The translations under genes and the position numbers were made by a program. Below the pieces are notes generated by a model that worked only from the letters and a program-made list of their open reading frames with translations, made no database searches and had not been told where the DNA came from. This document shows positions 44,124 to 54,057 of a DNA stretch of 64,000 nt, piece after piece. Within the stretch, counting starts at the first letter, position 1; the number at the start of each line of letters is the position of its first letter. This DNA is from a bacterium (GTDB taxonomy: Bacteria; UBA8248): NCBI GenBank assembly GCA_965203325.1, contig OZ241875.1, forward strand, positions 2,304,001 through 2,368,000, in the 5' to 3' direction.

Positions 44124-45299
44124 TTATAGATACTTCATGGCGCGGATCCGCTGCGCTTGGTTGGTGCCCGCCGAGTGGAGGAAGCTGATGACGTCGCGCA
44201 GGTATTTCTCCATCGGTGCGTCCGTCATGTAGCCCGTCCCGCCCCAGACTTCGAGCGCGCGCGTGGCGATGCGGAAACCGGCTTCTGAAGTATACGCCTT
44301 GGCCATGTAGCCGAGCTTGGGGTCGTAGTTATCGCGCATCGCCCGCCAGGCGGCGTAGTGGAGCATCCGGCGCGACGCTTCGTACTCGACGAAGCAGTCC
44401 GCCAGCATGAAGCCCACGCCCTGGTGTTCGATGATGGGTTTTCCGCCCTGGATTCTCGTCTTGGCGAATTCGAGCGCGTCTTCATAAGCGGCGCGGGCGG
44501 GGCCCAGGTTCGTGGCGGCGGATTCGATGACCGAACCGCGCGAAAAGGGACCCGAGCGGGCCGCCACGCCCCCGCCTATCGCCGTGACGCGGTATTCATC
44601 CGAAACGCGGCAGTTCTCGAAAATGAGTTCCGCATTCTGGGAGAGCTGCTGGCCCATCTTCTCGTGGATCTTGCCGATGGAAAAGCCATCCATGTCCGGC
44701 GTCACCATAAAGTAGGTGACGCCCTGCGATACGCCGACGGTGGGGTCCGTGCGGCAGACGAGCACGTAGAGCTTGGCGACCCCCCCGTTGCTGATGTAGT
44801 GCTTCTTACCGTTGATGATCCAGTCATCCCCGTCTCGCACCGCGCTCGTGCGCACACCGAGTTCGGGGCCTTCTTCGGGGATGAAGTTCTCGGAACCCAC
44901 CTCCGGCTCCGTCATCCCGACTGCGAGGTGGAAGCGGTGGTCCTCCAGAAACGCGGGCAGGAATTTCGCGCGCTGCGCATCGTTCCAGACGATGTCGAGG
45001 AAATGGATGATCTTCCAGGTCTGATCGAAGGTGACGGCCACGCCCAGATCCCCCCAGCCGATCTCCTCGCCCACGATGCAAAGCGTGAGTATGTCGGCCC
45101 CGCCGCCGCCTATTTCTTCGGGGATGGAAAGCGTCCTCAAGCCCAGCCTGCTCCCGGCCTCGAGAATATCCCAGGGGAACCGCTCGACGGGGTCGGTGAT
45201 CCGCTCGCGCTCGCGCACATGGGGCTTGAGTTCGTCTCTGGCGTAGTCGTGCGCCAGTTTCTGGAGTTCAAGCTGTCTTTCCGTGAGGGTGAAATCCAT
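44124..45299 (-). CDS. Acyl-CoA dehydrogenase-family protein (atypical active site)
   Basis: MTEPEVGS, INGKKHYISNG, RIQGGKPIIEHQ, WGGTGY; HSAGTN replaces IYEGTN. Confidence 0.85.
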   Translation of the reverse strand: MDFTLTERQLELQKLAHDYARDELKPHVRERERITDPVERFPWDILEAGSRLGLRTLSIPEEIGGGGADILTLCIVGEEIGWGDLGVAVTFDQTWKIIHFLDIVWNDAQRAKFLPAFLEDHRFHLAVGMTEPEVGSENFIPEEGPELGVRTSAVRDGDDWIINGKKHYISNGGVAKLYVLVCRTDPTVGVSQGVTYFMVTPDMDGFSIGKIHEKMGQQLSQNAELIFENCRVSDEYRVTAIGGGVAARSGPFSRGSVIESAATNLGPARAAYEDALEFAKTRIQGGKPIIEHQGVGFMLADCFVEYEASRRMLHYAAWRAMRDNYDPKLGYMAKAYTSEAGFRIATRALEVWGGTGYMTDAPMEKYLRDVISFLHSAGTNQAQRIRAMKYL

Positions 45300-45329
45300 C
45301 GCTCGCCTTTAAGGTTTAAGTGAAACGGC

Positions 45330-46364
45330 TCAGTCCATCACGATCGCCGCGCGGCCCGTAATCGCGCCCGCTTCCAGGCGTTCGTGCACTTTTTCGGCCT
45401 CTTCGAGCCGGTAGGTTTCCGTGACGAGGGGCCAGACCTCTCCGCGCGCGCAGAGTTCGAGAGATTCGATGATCTCCTGCTTGGTGAACGAGCGGCTGCC
45501 CATGACTTCCAGTTCCCCGTTCAGGAGGCTCCCGGCGGAGAGGCGAAACGGCTTGGGCGTGAAGCCGCCCAGCGTCACCAGGCGGCCGCCCTTGTCGAGG
45601 GCTTCGGCGGCGGCTTCGAGCGTGGTGTCCTGGGAGACGAAATCAATCGCCACGTTCACGCCCAGGCCGCCCGTGAGTTCGAGCAGCGCCTCGGTCACGT
45701 CGTCCTTCGAGGCGTCGACGGTGGCTTCCGCCCCGAGTTCCTTGCATTGGGCCAGTTTTTGCTCGGAAATGTCCACGGCGATGACGCGCGCGTTCGCCCA
45801 CCGGGCGAGCATCACCATGTGAATCCCCACGCCCCCGCCCGCCCCGATGACGGCGACGGTCTCCATCGGCTCGATCCGCGCGCGGCGCACCACCTTATAA
45901 GGGGTGACGATGGCGTCGCAGATGACGGCCACCTCGGCGGGATGCGCCTTGTAGTCCAGCCCGTCGGGAATATGAACGTAGTTCCGCGCGGGGAGATTGA
46001 TGTATTCGGCATAGCCGCCGTCGCGGTGCCTGCCGATGAAGCCGGCCATGTTGTCGCAAATGGGTTCCCTGTTCACCCGGCACCAGCGGCAGTGACCGCA
46101 CGTGAGGTAGCAGTGGAAGGTGACGATGTCGCCCGCCTTCACGTTCGATACCCCGCCGCCCGTCTCGACGATCTCGCCCACCACCTCGTGGCCGATGATC
46201 ATGGGGTAGTCGATCTCCGCGCGGCCCGCGCGCGCATGGTGGATCGTGAGGCCCGAGCCGCAGGCGATGACGCGGGCCACGGCCTCGCCCTCTCCGGGCG
46301 CGGGGTCGGGCACGTCTTCAAAAGAAAAGGGCGCCCCCTTTTCCCTCAACACCATGGCCTTCAT
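45330..46364 (-). CDS. Zinc-binding MDR alcohol dehydrogenase-like protein
   Basis: GHE, structural CGHCRWC..C, GAGGGVG. Confidence 0.88.
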   Translation of the reverse strand: MKAMVLREKGAPFSFEDVPDPAPGEGEAVARVIACGSGLTIHHARAGRAEIDYPMIIGHEVVGEIVETGGGVSNVKAGDIVTFHCYLTCGHCRWCRVNREPICDNMAGFIGRHRDGGYAEYINLPARNYVHIPDGLDYKAHPAEVAVICDAIVTPYKVVRRARIEPMETVAVIGAGGGVGIHMVMLARWANARVIAVDISEQKLAQCKELGAEATVDASKDDVTEALLELTGGLGVNVAIDFVSQDTTLEAAAEALDKGGRLVTLGGFTPKPFRLSAGSLLNGELEVMGSRSFTKQEIIESLELCARGEVWPLVTETYRLEEAEKVHERLEAGAITGRAAIVMD

Positions 46365-46540
46365 GAGAGTTTCCTCCCGGGAGAATCTCCGCGCGCGATG
46401 CGGAAACGCGAACATTTGTGATTGATGGCGGACAATATAGCGGGAATGTCGGGAAATGACTATAGGAAGGGGCTGGAATGACGAACGAAAGACGCAATCA
46501 CCGAATCCATCACCACGATTTCAAGCGGAGACATCGCATC

Positions 46541-46637
46541 GGGCGGGCACGGGGGCCCGCCCCTACGATAACGAAACCCGCAATCGCTCCTGCATTGGAC
46601 GAGTAAAATTCTCGCGAATCAGGGTTTTTCAACAATC
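46541..46637. repeat. GTAG-type palindrome plus isolated IS1182-type end
   Basis: GGGCGGGCACGGGGGCCCGCCCCTAC 46541-46566; GGGTTTTTCAACAATC 46622-46637. Confidence 0.6.
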
Positions 46638-47567
46638 TTCGATGGCGGCGAGGGATTTCGCCGCCCAGTCGCAGCCCACCTGGCTCGCCCACAGGTCCAT
46701 GAGGCGCTTGGTGACGGGGCCGGGCGCGCCGTTCGCCATCTTGGTTCCGTCGATAGAAGATACCGGGAGGATGCAGATGCTGTTCCCGGTATGGAAGGCC
46801 TCATCCGCGATCAGCAGGTCGTAGCGCGTCAGGTTGGTTTCGCGAACCGGGATGCCGAGTTCTTTCGCCATGTCGATGACGTGGGTGCGCGTGACGCCGA
46901 CCAGGCAGTTGTAATCCGTAGGCGTCAGGATTTCGCCGTCTCTCACGAAAAAGCAGTTGTAGCTCGACCCCTCGGCCACGAAGCCGCTCGTGTCGAGCAT
47001 GATGGGCCACGCGCCCGCTTCGGCGGCCTGGAAGTCGGCCTGCACGTGGTTCATCTTGTTGCCCACCTTGGCGCGCGGTTCGATGCACTCGGGCGGTATG
47101 CGGCGCACGCCGGTGACGACCGAGGGCACGCCCTCCCTGTAGCCGTGGGCGTAGCGCGTATAGTCCATCGGCAGGGTGAAGATGACCACCGTGTGCTCTC
47201 CGTGCGTGTGGGTGGCTGCGGAACTGACGCCGCCGCCGCGCGTTACCCAGTGGTTGATGCGGAATTCCTCCCCCTCGGCGTAAACGCCCCGGTTCCGCTC
47301 GATGAGGTCCATGGTGAGGGCTTCCATCTCGTCTGCGTTCATGCCGGGGTCGAGCCGCGCGTAGCGGCACGATAGATAGAGCCTGTCGATGTGCGCCCTC
47401 AGATGCCAGGGCTGGCCGCCGAAGGTGCGCGATGCGTCGTACACGCCGTCGCCGTAGAGGAAGCCGCGATCCAGAATGGACACGGTCGCTTCTGATTCCG
47501 GCACGAACCGGCCCTTTACGTAGGCGATTCTCTCAGTCAATTCCACATCCTCCATCGTTTTGTCCAT
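46629..47567 (-). CDS. Class IV aminotransferase (branched-chain/D-amino acid type)
   Basis: DRGFLYGDGVY, PRAKVGN (PLP Lys), EGSSYN, LVGVTR. Confidence 0.9.
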   Translation of the reverse strand: MDKTMEDVELTERIAYVKGRFVPESEATVSILDRGFLYGDGVYDASRTFGGQPWHLRAHIDRLYLSCRYARLDPGMNADEMEALTMDLIERNRGVYAEGEEFRINHWVTRGGGVSSAATHTHGEHTVVIFTLPMDYTRYAHGYREGVPSVVTGVRRIPPECIEPRAKVGNKMNHVQADFQAAEAGAWPIMLDTSGFVAEGSSYNCFFVRDGEILTPTDYNCLVGVTRTHVIDMAKELGIPVRETNLTRYDLLIADEAFHTGNSICILPVSSIDGTKMANGAPGPVTKRLMDLWASQVGCDWAAKSLAAIEDC

Positions 47568-47574
47568 GAGTCAT

Positions 47575-48723
47575 CTATAGCAGTCCCATCGCGGCGGAGC
47601 GCGCGGCATGGCTCATGCCAAACCCGTGGGAGAAAGCCACGAGGTCGCGCGTCAGCCGCTCCATCGGAGCTTCGGTCATGTAGCCTGCGCCTCCCCAGAC
47701 CTCCATCGAACGCCGCGCGACGCGCTCGCAAGATTCCGCCGCGAAGGCCTTTGCGAGAAAACTCCGCCAGGGTTCCGCGTCCTCGTCCTGCTCCGCCGCC
47801 CAGGCCGCCGCCTGCAGGCTTCTTCTGGCGGCGTCCAGTTCCATCAGGTTATCACAAAGCATGTAGCCCACCGTCTGATGCTCGATGATGGGTTTTCCCC
47901 CCTGTACGCGCTCGCGCGCGTGGTCGAGCGCATACTCATGTGATTTTCTCGACGTTCCGACCGCCGCAGCCGCCGGGAGGATGCGGACGGCGTGCGTAGC
48001 GTCGTTCCACTTCCCTTCCGCGCAATCGAGCGGATGGCCGAGCTTCACGTCTTCGAAGCGCAGGTCGACGTCCTGGCAGGAGCGCATTCCCATCGCGTCA
48101 TGGTAACGGGCGACCGTGATTCCTCCTCCCTCCCGGTTCTCCAGGAGAAATATACTTCGCTCGCTCTCATTCGTGGCGTCTGATTCGAGGAGAAAAATAC
48201 CGGCCGCCGCGCCGTTCTGCACGTGCCCTGCACCGCCATCAAGACGTAAGTCCTCGCCGTTTTTTTCGATGGATGCGTCCTGGCGCGCATCGGACGGATA
48301 CGGGCTTTTATCCTCGGTTGCAGCCGTTTCGCCGATTTTCAGGTGGGCCAGATGGAGCGGGCGATCTTGCGTGAAATTCTCCGCGAACGCCGCGAAGCCC
48401 GACTCGTCCCACAGCCGGGATACGGCGTTTGCGAGCGCCCAGTCCTGCGCGTAGATGACGCCGACGCCCAAATCCCCCCAGCCGATCTCCTCCGCCACGA
48501 AGCAGAGACTCAACAGGTCAGCACCCCCTCCGCCCTGGGCTTCCGGGATGGGGAGGGTACTCAGACCCAGGGTGCCGCCTTTTTCCAGAATGTCCGCGGG
48601 AAAGCGGTTTTCCGGGTTTTTTTCCTCATCGAGCGCATCCGTGCGCGGGGCGATTTCCTGCCGCGCGAAATCGCGCGCCAGACCCTGAAGCGCGAGAGTG
48701 GCCTCTGCGGGAGCGAAATCCAT
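47575..48723 (-). CDS. Divergent acyl-CoA dehydrogenase-family protein
   Basis: EEIGWGDLGV, RVQGGKPIIEHQ, WGGAGY; N-terminal FAD motifs eroded. Confidence 0.75.
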   Translation of the reverse strand: MDFAPAEATLALQGLARDFARQEIAPRTDALDEEKNPENRFPADILEKGGTLGLSTLPIPEAQGGGGADLLSLCFVAEEIGWGDLGVGVIYAQDWALANAVSRLWDESGFAAFAENFTQDRPLHLAHLKIGETAATEDKSPYPSDARQDASIEKNGEDLRLDGGAGHVQNGAAAGIFLLESDATNESERSIFLLENREGGGITVARYHDAMGMRSCQDVDLRFEDVKLGHPLDCAEGKWNDATHAVRILPAAAAVGTSRKSHEYALDHARERVQGGKPIIEHQTVGYMLCDNLMELDAARRSLQAAAWAAEQDEDAEPWRSFLAKAFAAESCERVARRSMEVWGGAGYMTEAPMERLTRDLVAFSHGFGMSHAARSAAMGLL

Positions 48724-48759
48724 GCGTCGAACCCTTATGAACGCGGGAAACGGCCCCGG

Positions 48760-49728
48760 CTAGTCGATGAGGCCCACGCTCTTCAAGTCCGAGGTCAGCT
48801 CCGCTTTCTCGTCCGCGCTCAGGGGGATCATCGGCGCGCGCGTGGGGCCGCCGTGCATACCCATCAGGTCCATCCAGTTCTTGAGCGCGGCGATGGGGAA
48901 CGCTCCCCGCGTCCAGGGCTCCCACAGCCACTTGTCGGCCACGCGGCGCATCGGGTTCATGGAGTCGCGCGCGGTCCAGGCTTCCTCGAGGTTCCCCTCG
49001 TCGATCAGGTCGGTGTATCTCTGCATGCCCAGGTTGCCGGTGCGCTGCATGAGGAACGGGTCGGGGCCGCTCATGAAGGTCTGCTGCTTGTGATAGGCCC
49101 GGCTGAAGAACCACTGGGTCTCCATCGGGTCGCTCACGACGATGTCCTCACCCACGGCTTCGCGCACCCCGTCGCAATGGGGTTTGGGCTGCGCGTTCTT
49201 GATGCAGCAGATGTTCTCGTTGTCGTCGACGATTTGCCGGACGAGGGCCGGCGTGAGGGAATAGCCCGTCGCCGCCGTGTTGAACAGGGACACGCCGATT
49301 TCCACGTTGCTGCAGAACTCCCGGAAGTACGCGCGGACGCGCTCGGGAATGCCCTGCGCGCCGAGATAGGGGTTCGCGAGAATCGCATAAGTCGCGCCCG
49401 CCTCAATCGCCGCGTTGGTCAGCTCGATGGCTTCTTTCGCCGAGGTGTGGCCGGTGTGCGCGATGATGGGCACGTCGCCCGCCTCGTCGCAGGCTATCTC
49501 CTGGCCGCGCAGGCGCTCTTCTTTCGTGAGGCACCAGAATTCGCCGATCAAGCCGCCGACGAAAAACCCCTTGATGTCGAGGTCGTCGATGTAATGGCGT
49601 ATGTCGGCCCGCAGGCCCGCCTCGTCGATGTTGTCGTTCTCATCGAAGGGGTAGGGAATGGCGGCCCAGATTCCCTGCATGTTCTCCTTGCAGTAGGCGC
49701 GTGCGTCCGATTTCTTGTATGCGGGCAT
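48760..49728 (-). CDS. DapA/NAL-superfamily aldolase-like protein
   Basis: GLIGEFWCLTKEER, IIAHTG, CIKNAQ (Lys). Confidence 0.8.
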   Translation of the reverse strand: MPAYKKSDARAYCKENMQGIWAAIPYPFDENDNIDEAGLRADIRHYIDDLDIKGFFVGGLIGEFWCLTKEERLRGQEIACDEAGDVPIIAHTGHTSAKEAIELTNAAIEAGATYAILANPYLGAQGIPERVRAYFREFCSNVEIGVSLFNTAATGYSLTPALVRQIVDDNENICCIKNAQPKPHCDGVREAVGEDIVVSDPMETQWFFSRAYHKQQTFMSGPDPFLMQRTGNLGMQRYTDLIDEGNLEEAWTARDSMNPMRRVADKWLWEPWTRGAFPIAALKNWMDLMGMHGGPTRAPMIPLSADEKAELTSDLKSVGLID

Positions 49729-49775
49729 TACAGTCTCCTTATCAGTTGTGTGACGAAAACCTCGTCAGCGTCAGT

Positions 49776-50954
49776 TTACCATTCATCCACGCCGGCGGGG
49801 GCGAGCAGCGGCGCGGCCTTGAGCTTGACCGCCTCGTTCGTACCGAAGCCGTGCAGGTAGCTCAGCACGTCGCGCCAGCATTTCTCGGGCGTCGGCCTGT
49901 CGTCGTGCCAGGTGGCGCCCGTCCTCCCCCAGATCTCCATCGCGGTGCGGCAGACCTTGATGCCGGCTTCAGAAGCGAACACTTTGGACATCAGGCGGCG
50001 CTTCGAATCGTCCGTCGGTTTTTCCGCATGCCACGCCGCAGAATACAGGTAGGTTCGCGCCGCCTCAATCAGCATATACATTTCCGTGAGCGCCATCTGC
50101 GCCCACTGCTCATTCGCCGCGCCGTTCTCCTGCGCCGCTGTCCGCGCGAGGTCGTAGGCCAAGCGCGAGGGGCCCATCACCGGGATGAGCGCGCCGCTCA
50201 CCATGCGCTTCAGGATAGAGAGGCCCCCGTTCCATTCGCCGAAGAGGTTGTGCGCGGGCACGCGGCAGTTTCTGAGGACGAGTTCGCCGTTTTGAAGAAG
50301 ACGCCTGCCGAGTTTCGAGTGCGCCTCCCCGATCTCGAAACCCTCGGTGTCGCGCGGCACGAGGAAACAGGTGAGTCCCTCGCTCATCTTCTTATCCGGT
50401 GCGGTGCGCGCGAAGATGAAGTAATACTTCGCCAGACCGCCGTTGCTTATGTAGTGCTTGGTGCCGTTCAGGATATAGAAATCGCCCTCCCGTTTCGCCG
50501 TCATTCGCGGGCCGGCGCCCGGTTCGTCGTGCATCAAGAAGGTGTCGGTCCCGCTCTGGGGTTCCGTGGTGGCGAGGGCGAGGAGCGCTCTCGGGTCGTT
50601 CATGAAGTCTTCGAGGTACAAGTCGCGCTGTTTTTGCGTGGTCTCGTTCGTGAGCAGTTGGGTGAACTTGTAGGTCTGATCCATCGAGACGGCGACGCCC
50701 AGGTCGCCGTAGGCGATCTCTTCGGCCACCATGGCCTGCACGAGATGGCGCGCGCCGAAGCCGCCGAACTTCTCGGGCACGGTGAGCGTTCGGAGTCCTG
50801 CAGCGTCGAGCTTGTCCGCGATATGCCAGGGGTAGGCCTCGCCGGGCGCGTAGTTCCTGTCCCTCGCCGCGGCGATGGGGAGTATGTCCTCACGCGCTAT
50901 TTGGCGCGCGCGGCGCACCATCTCTGATTCTTCAGAAGTCAGGTCCGGCATCAT
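49776..50954 (-). CDS. Acyl-CoA dehydrogenase-family protein (atypical active site)
   Basis: TTEPQSGTD, LNGTKHYISNG, KLGRR; HGFGTN replaces IYEGTN. Confidence 0.85.
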   Translation of the reverse strand: MMPDLTSEESEMVRRARQIAREDILPIAAARDRNYAPGEAYPWHIADKLDAAGLRTLTVPEKFGGFGARHLVQAMVAEEIAYGDLGVAVSMDQTYKFTQLLTNETTQKQRDLYLEDFMNDPRALLALATTEPQSGTDTFLMHDEPGAGPRMTAKREGDFYILNGTKHYISNGGLAKYYFIFARTAPDKKMSEGLTCFLVPRDTEGFEIGEAHSKLGRRLLQNGELVLRNCRVPAHNLFGEWNGGLSILKRMVSGALIPVMGPSRLAYDLARTAAQENGAANEQWAQMALTEMYMLIEAARTYLYSAAWHAEKPTDDSKRRLMSKVFASEAGIKVCRTAMEIWGRTGATWHDDRPTPEKCWRDVLSYLHGFGTNEAVKLKAAPLLAPAGVDEW

Positions 50955-51124
50955 GGCGGAGAAGGCATCCTTCTGGAAGCGAGGTAAGTCAACAGTGATT
51001 TGCCCGATCCCATAGGACTACTTGAGACGCTATGTTCTGTCAATCATATTGGGGTATACCGTGATGAGAGAAACCTAGAGTCCACAAGGCTTTAAGTTCT
51101 TATTAGATGATTGGGTGTGTGCGC

Positions 51125-52087
51125 ATGAAAATCGTGATTCCGGATGACTATGAGGGCAACTTCATGGACTCGCCCCACCTTGCGCGCTTGGAGAATCTGG
51201 GCGAGGTGGCCCATTTCACCGAGCGGCCACGAGATGAGGGGGAGATGGCGGAGCGCATCGCCGATGCGGAGGTCATCCTCACCGTGCGCTACCAGACGGA
51301 CTTCAAGAACACTGCATTACTCGACGTAGCGCGAAACTTAAATTTTATCTCAATCTGGGGCACGCGCCCCCGCGCGGTGGACATGAAGCGCGCGCATGAG
51401 CGGGGCGTATCCGTATCCGTGACGCCCGGCGCGGGGAGTCCCTCGGTGGCCGAGCACACGATGATGATGGTCTTGGGCCTCGCGAAGCGGCTCCCCTTCC
51501 AGGGAGCCGCCATGCGGTCGGGCGCGTGGGAGCGCGTGCGGGGCGTGGAGCTTCTGGGCAAGACGCTCTCCGTCATCGGCTTCGGGCACATCGGGAGCAA
51601 GGTCGTCCCCATGGCGCGGGGCTTCGGGATGGAGGTGCTCGCCTGGTCCAAGCACATGACGGCCGAGCGCGCCGCGAAAGAAGGAGCGCGCGCGGCCTCG
51701 CTCGATGATTGTATGCGCTGCGATTTCGTGACGATACAGCTTCACGTGACGCCCGAGACGAGGGGGCTCATCTCCCGCGAGCGCATCGCGGGGATGAAGT
51801 CCACGGCGTTTCTAATCAACACCTCGCGCGCGGCGCTCGTGGACATGGACGCCTTGCTCGAAGCGCTGCGGGAAAAAAGGATCGCCGGCGCGGGCCTCGA
51901 CGTGTTCGAGCCGGAGGAGCCTTTGCCGGGGGATTCGCCGTTCCGAACGCTCGACAACGTCATCCTCACCCCCCACGTCGCCGCGCATACCGAGGGAGCC
52001 GTGGAGCGCGAAGCGCGCATCGCGGTGGACAACGTGGAGGCTTATCTGCGGGGAAACCCGCAGAACCTGGTGTTCAAAGACGCCTAG
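51125..52087 (+). CDS. D-2-hydroxyacid dehydrogenase family protein
   Basis: SVAEH, GFGHIG, INTSRA, GAGLDVFEPEEP, LTPHVA. Confidence 0.92.
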   Translation: MKIVIPDDYEGNFMDSPHLARLENLGEVAHFTERPRDEGEMAERIADAEVILTVRYQTDFKNTALLDVARNLNFISIWGTRPRAVDMKRAHERGVSVSVTPGAGSPSVAEHTMMMVLGLAKRLPFQGAAMRSGAWERVRGVELLGKTLSVIGFGHIGSKVVPMARGFGMEVLAWSKHMTAERAAKEGARAASLDDCMRCDFVTIQLHVTPETRGLISRERIAGMKSTAFLINTSRAALVDMDALLEALREKRIAGAGLDVFEPEEPLPGDSPFRTLDNVILTPHVAAHTEGAVEREARIAVDNVEAYLRGNPQNLVFKDA

Positions 52088-52191
52088 CTTTTCACGCGAG
52101 AGGCGCTTTCAGCCATACGCGGAAATTAGAATGACTTATCGTAACGTGAAGAAAACTTAAGGTTTCATGCTTTTATCCAAAGAGAGGGAAA

Positions 52192-52914
52192 ATGATGAGC
52201 TATCGAATCGAGACGACGCAGGTCCAGGGCAGCGAGATGGAGATTTTCCTGTATGAGCCCGAGGGCGCAGGCCCTCATCCAGGGCTGGTGCTCTGCCAGC
52301 ACATACCGGGGCATCAGGGGATCGAGGGCGACCCCTTCACGCTCAAAGCAGCGGAGCGCTACCGGGCGAACGGCTACGCGGTGTCGGTTCCGTTTCTCTA
52401 CCACTGGTGGTCGAAAGAAGACGACATGCAGATAAAGCGCGATGAGTTCAACGACGCGCAGACGGCGCTCGACTTGAAAGCGGGTTTCGACGCCCTGGCG
52501 GCGCTCGACAGCGTGGACGCGGGCCGGGTCGGCATCGTCGGCCACTGCTGGGGCGGGCGCGTGAGCTGGCTGGGCGCGTGCACGGATTCGCGCTACGCGG
52601 CGTGCGCGGTCTTCTACGGCGGCGGCGTGAAGGAGGTGCGAGGCGCGGGAAACCCGCCCGCCATCGAGTTGACGGGCGACATCGCGTGTCCGGTCATCGG
52701 CATATTCGGCAACGAGGATCAGAACCCCTCGCCCGAAGACGTGGACGACTACGAGGCGGCGCTCAAGAGCTCGGGCGCCGAATACGTCTTCCACCGCTAC
52801 GACGGTGCGGGCCACGCCTTTCAGTGGGAGGACAACCCCGAGCGCTTCCGCGCTGAGCAGAGCGAGGACTCTTGGGAGAAGACCCTCGCGTTTTTCGCCG
52901 AGAAGCTGGGGTGA
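52192..52914 (+). CDS. Dienelactone hydrolase family protein
   Basis: GHCWGG nucleophile motif, FYGG, GNED, YDGAGHAF. Confidence 0.9.
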   Translation: MMSYRIETTQVQGSEMEIFLYEPEGAGPHPGLVLCQHIPGHQGIEGDPFTLKAAERYRANGYAVSVPFLYHWWSKEDDMQIKRDEFNDAQTALDLKAGFDALAALDSVDAGRVGIVGHCWGGRVSWLGACTDSRYAACAVFYGGGVKEVRGAGNPPAIELTGDIACPVIGIFGNEDQNPSPEDVDDYEAALKSSGAEYVFHRYDGAGHAFQWEDNPERFRAEQSEDSWEKTLAFFAEKLG

Positions 52915-52989
52915 GAGGGGAGATTTACTTAAGAAAAGCGTATGGCGGGGGAGTCATATTTTGGTCATTTTCAATCCAGAATCGGTTTC

Positions 52990-53433
52990 TTAGGTGTGTC
53001 TTTGGGTGGATGGGCAGATTTCATGATTCGGATCCCACCATAGAATTTTCATGATGTTCGCTTCCTGTACACACCAGACTCGATTTTTGCCAGTCAGCCG
53101 AAAAGACATGAGTTCATCGGTATCATCTTTGTGGATCTTTTCGAGACGATCCCGCGCAGGTTTCACGATATTAGCAATCTGGATCGGGTGACTCCCGCTT
53201 TGTATGATTTGGCTCCAGTTTTTCTTTTCGAATTCCTGGAGTTTCTCCATCACATTCTTATAAAGGTTTGGGTCCGACAGATTCGTCCACGCCCAATCGC
53301 CGCCGTGGTCGCTTTCGCTGAATCTCCATGTGAGAGGAGCGCCGTGGACGGTAGGTTGCTGCGCTTTTGACTGCTTTTTTGGTTGAGGTTCTTGAGCAAG
53401 TTTTGATTTCTTTTGACTTGATTTCCTGGTCAA
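52990..53433 (-). CDS. Putative toxin (possible RelE-like fold) paired with Panacea antitoxin
   Basis: TTG start 6 bp after antitoxin stop; SFRLTGKNRVW..LWWDPNH; lower GC than flanks. Confidence 0.6.
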   Translation of the reverse strand: MTRKSSQKKSKLAQEPQPKKQSKAQQPTVHGAPLTWRFSESDHGGDWAWTNLSDPNLYKNVMEKLQEFEKKNWSQIIQSGSHPIQIANIVKPARDRLEKIHKDDTDELMSFRLTGKNRVWCVQEANIMKILWWDPNHEICPSTQRHT

Positions 53434-53439
53434 CGGAAT

Positions 53440-53880
53440 TCAGAGGCTGGAGTAGTATTCAGCCATCGATGCGTTTGAAATACGCGCCTTTCCGCGTTGT
53501 CCGCTGAGAAGCCCTGCTTCTTCCCGGGCATCCCGCCAAGGGGCCTCCATATGGGTCAGCGCACTTAACCAATGAGATGTCTTGTCTCCATAAAAATCAA
53601 GAACGGCATCGACGGTTTCACGCTGCACGGCATCCAATTTTTCCGGGTCGCCGCCCGGAATACTCGACAAGAGGTATTGTCCCCGGTGCGCCTTGTAGAG
53701 ATTTCGAATGACCGGACCGTTCGCCCATGCCTCGATGCGATCGCGGAAGAGGGATTTGTCGTCCCAAACGAGAGACCAAGCCTGGGCGTAATACACCAGC
53801 TTCTGGAGTTTCATGGCCGGCATCTTGCCCTGCTTTCGCAGGATGTAAGCGGCCACGTCAACAGCGCGGACAGTCATCAT
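53440..53880 (-). CDS. Panacea-domain (DUF4065/GepA/SocA-like) antitoxin
   Basis: DVAAYIL, MKLQKLVYYAQAW, IEAWANGPV..LY, LSALTHMEAPW, YY. Confidence 0.9.
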   Translation of the reverse strand: MMTVRAVDVAAYILRKQGKMPAMKLQKLVYYAQAWSLVWDDKSLFRDRIEAWANGPVIRNLYKAHRGQYLLSSIPGGDPEKLDAVQRETVDAVLDFYGDKTSHWLSALTHMEAPWRDAREEAGLLSGQRGKARISNASMAEYYSSL

Positions 53881-54057
53881 CAAAATCCATCCCTGTTTTG
53901 ATTCCAGGCGCGTTAAGCAGCACTTGCGTAGATAACTCGAAATTTTTGCATGGGTCGAAACGACTGCGGATAGCTTTACCTCGTAACAATCATTCTGGCA
54001 TAAAAATAACAAAAGTCAAACACGATCGAAATTCACTCAACGCTATAGAGGCTCCCT

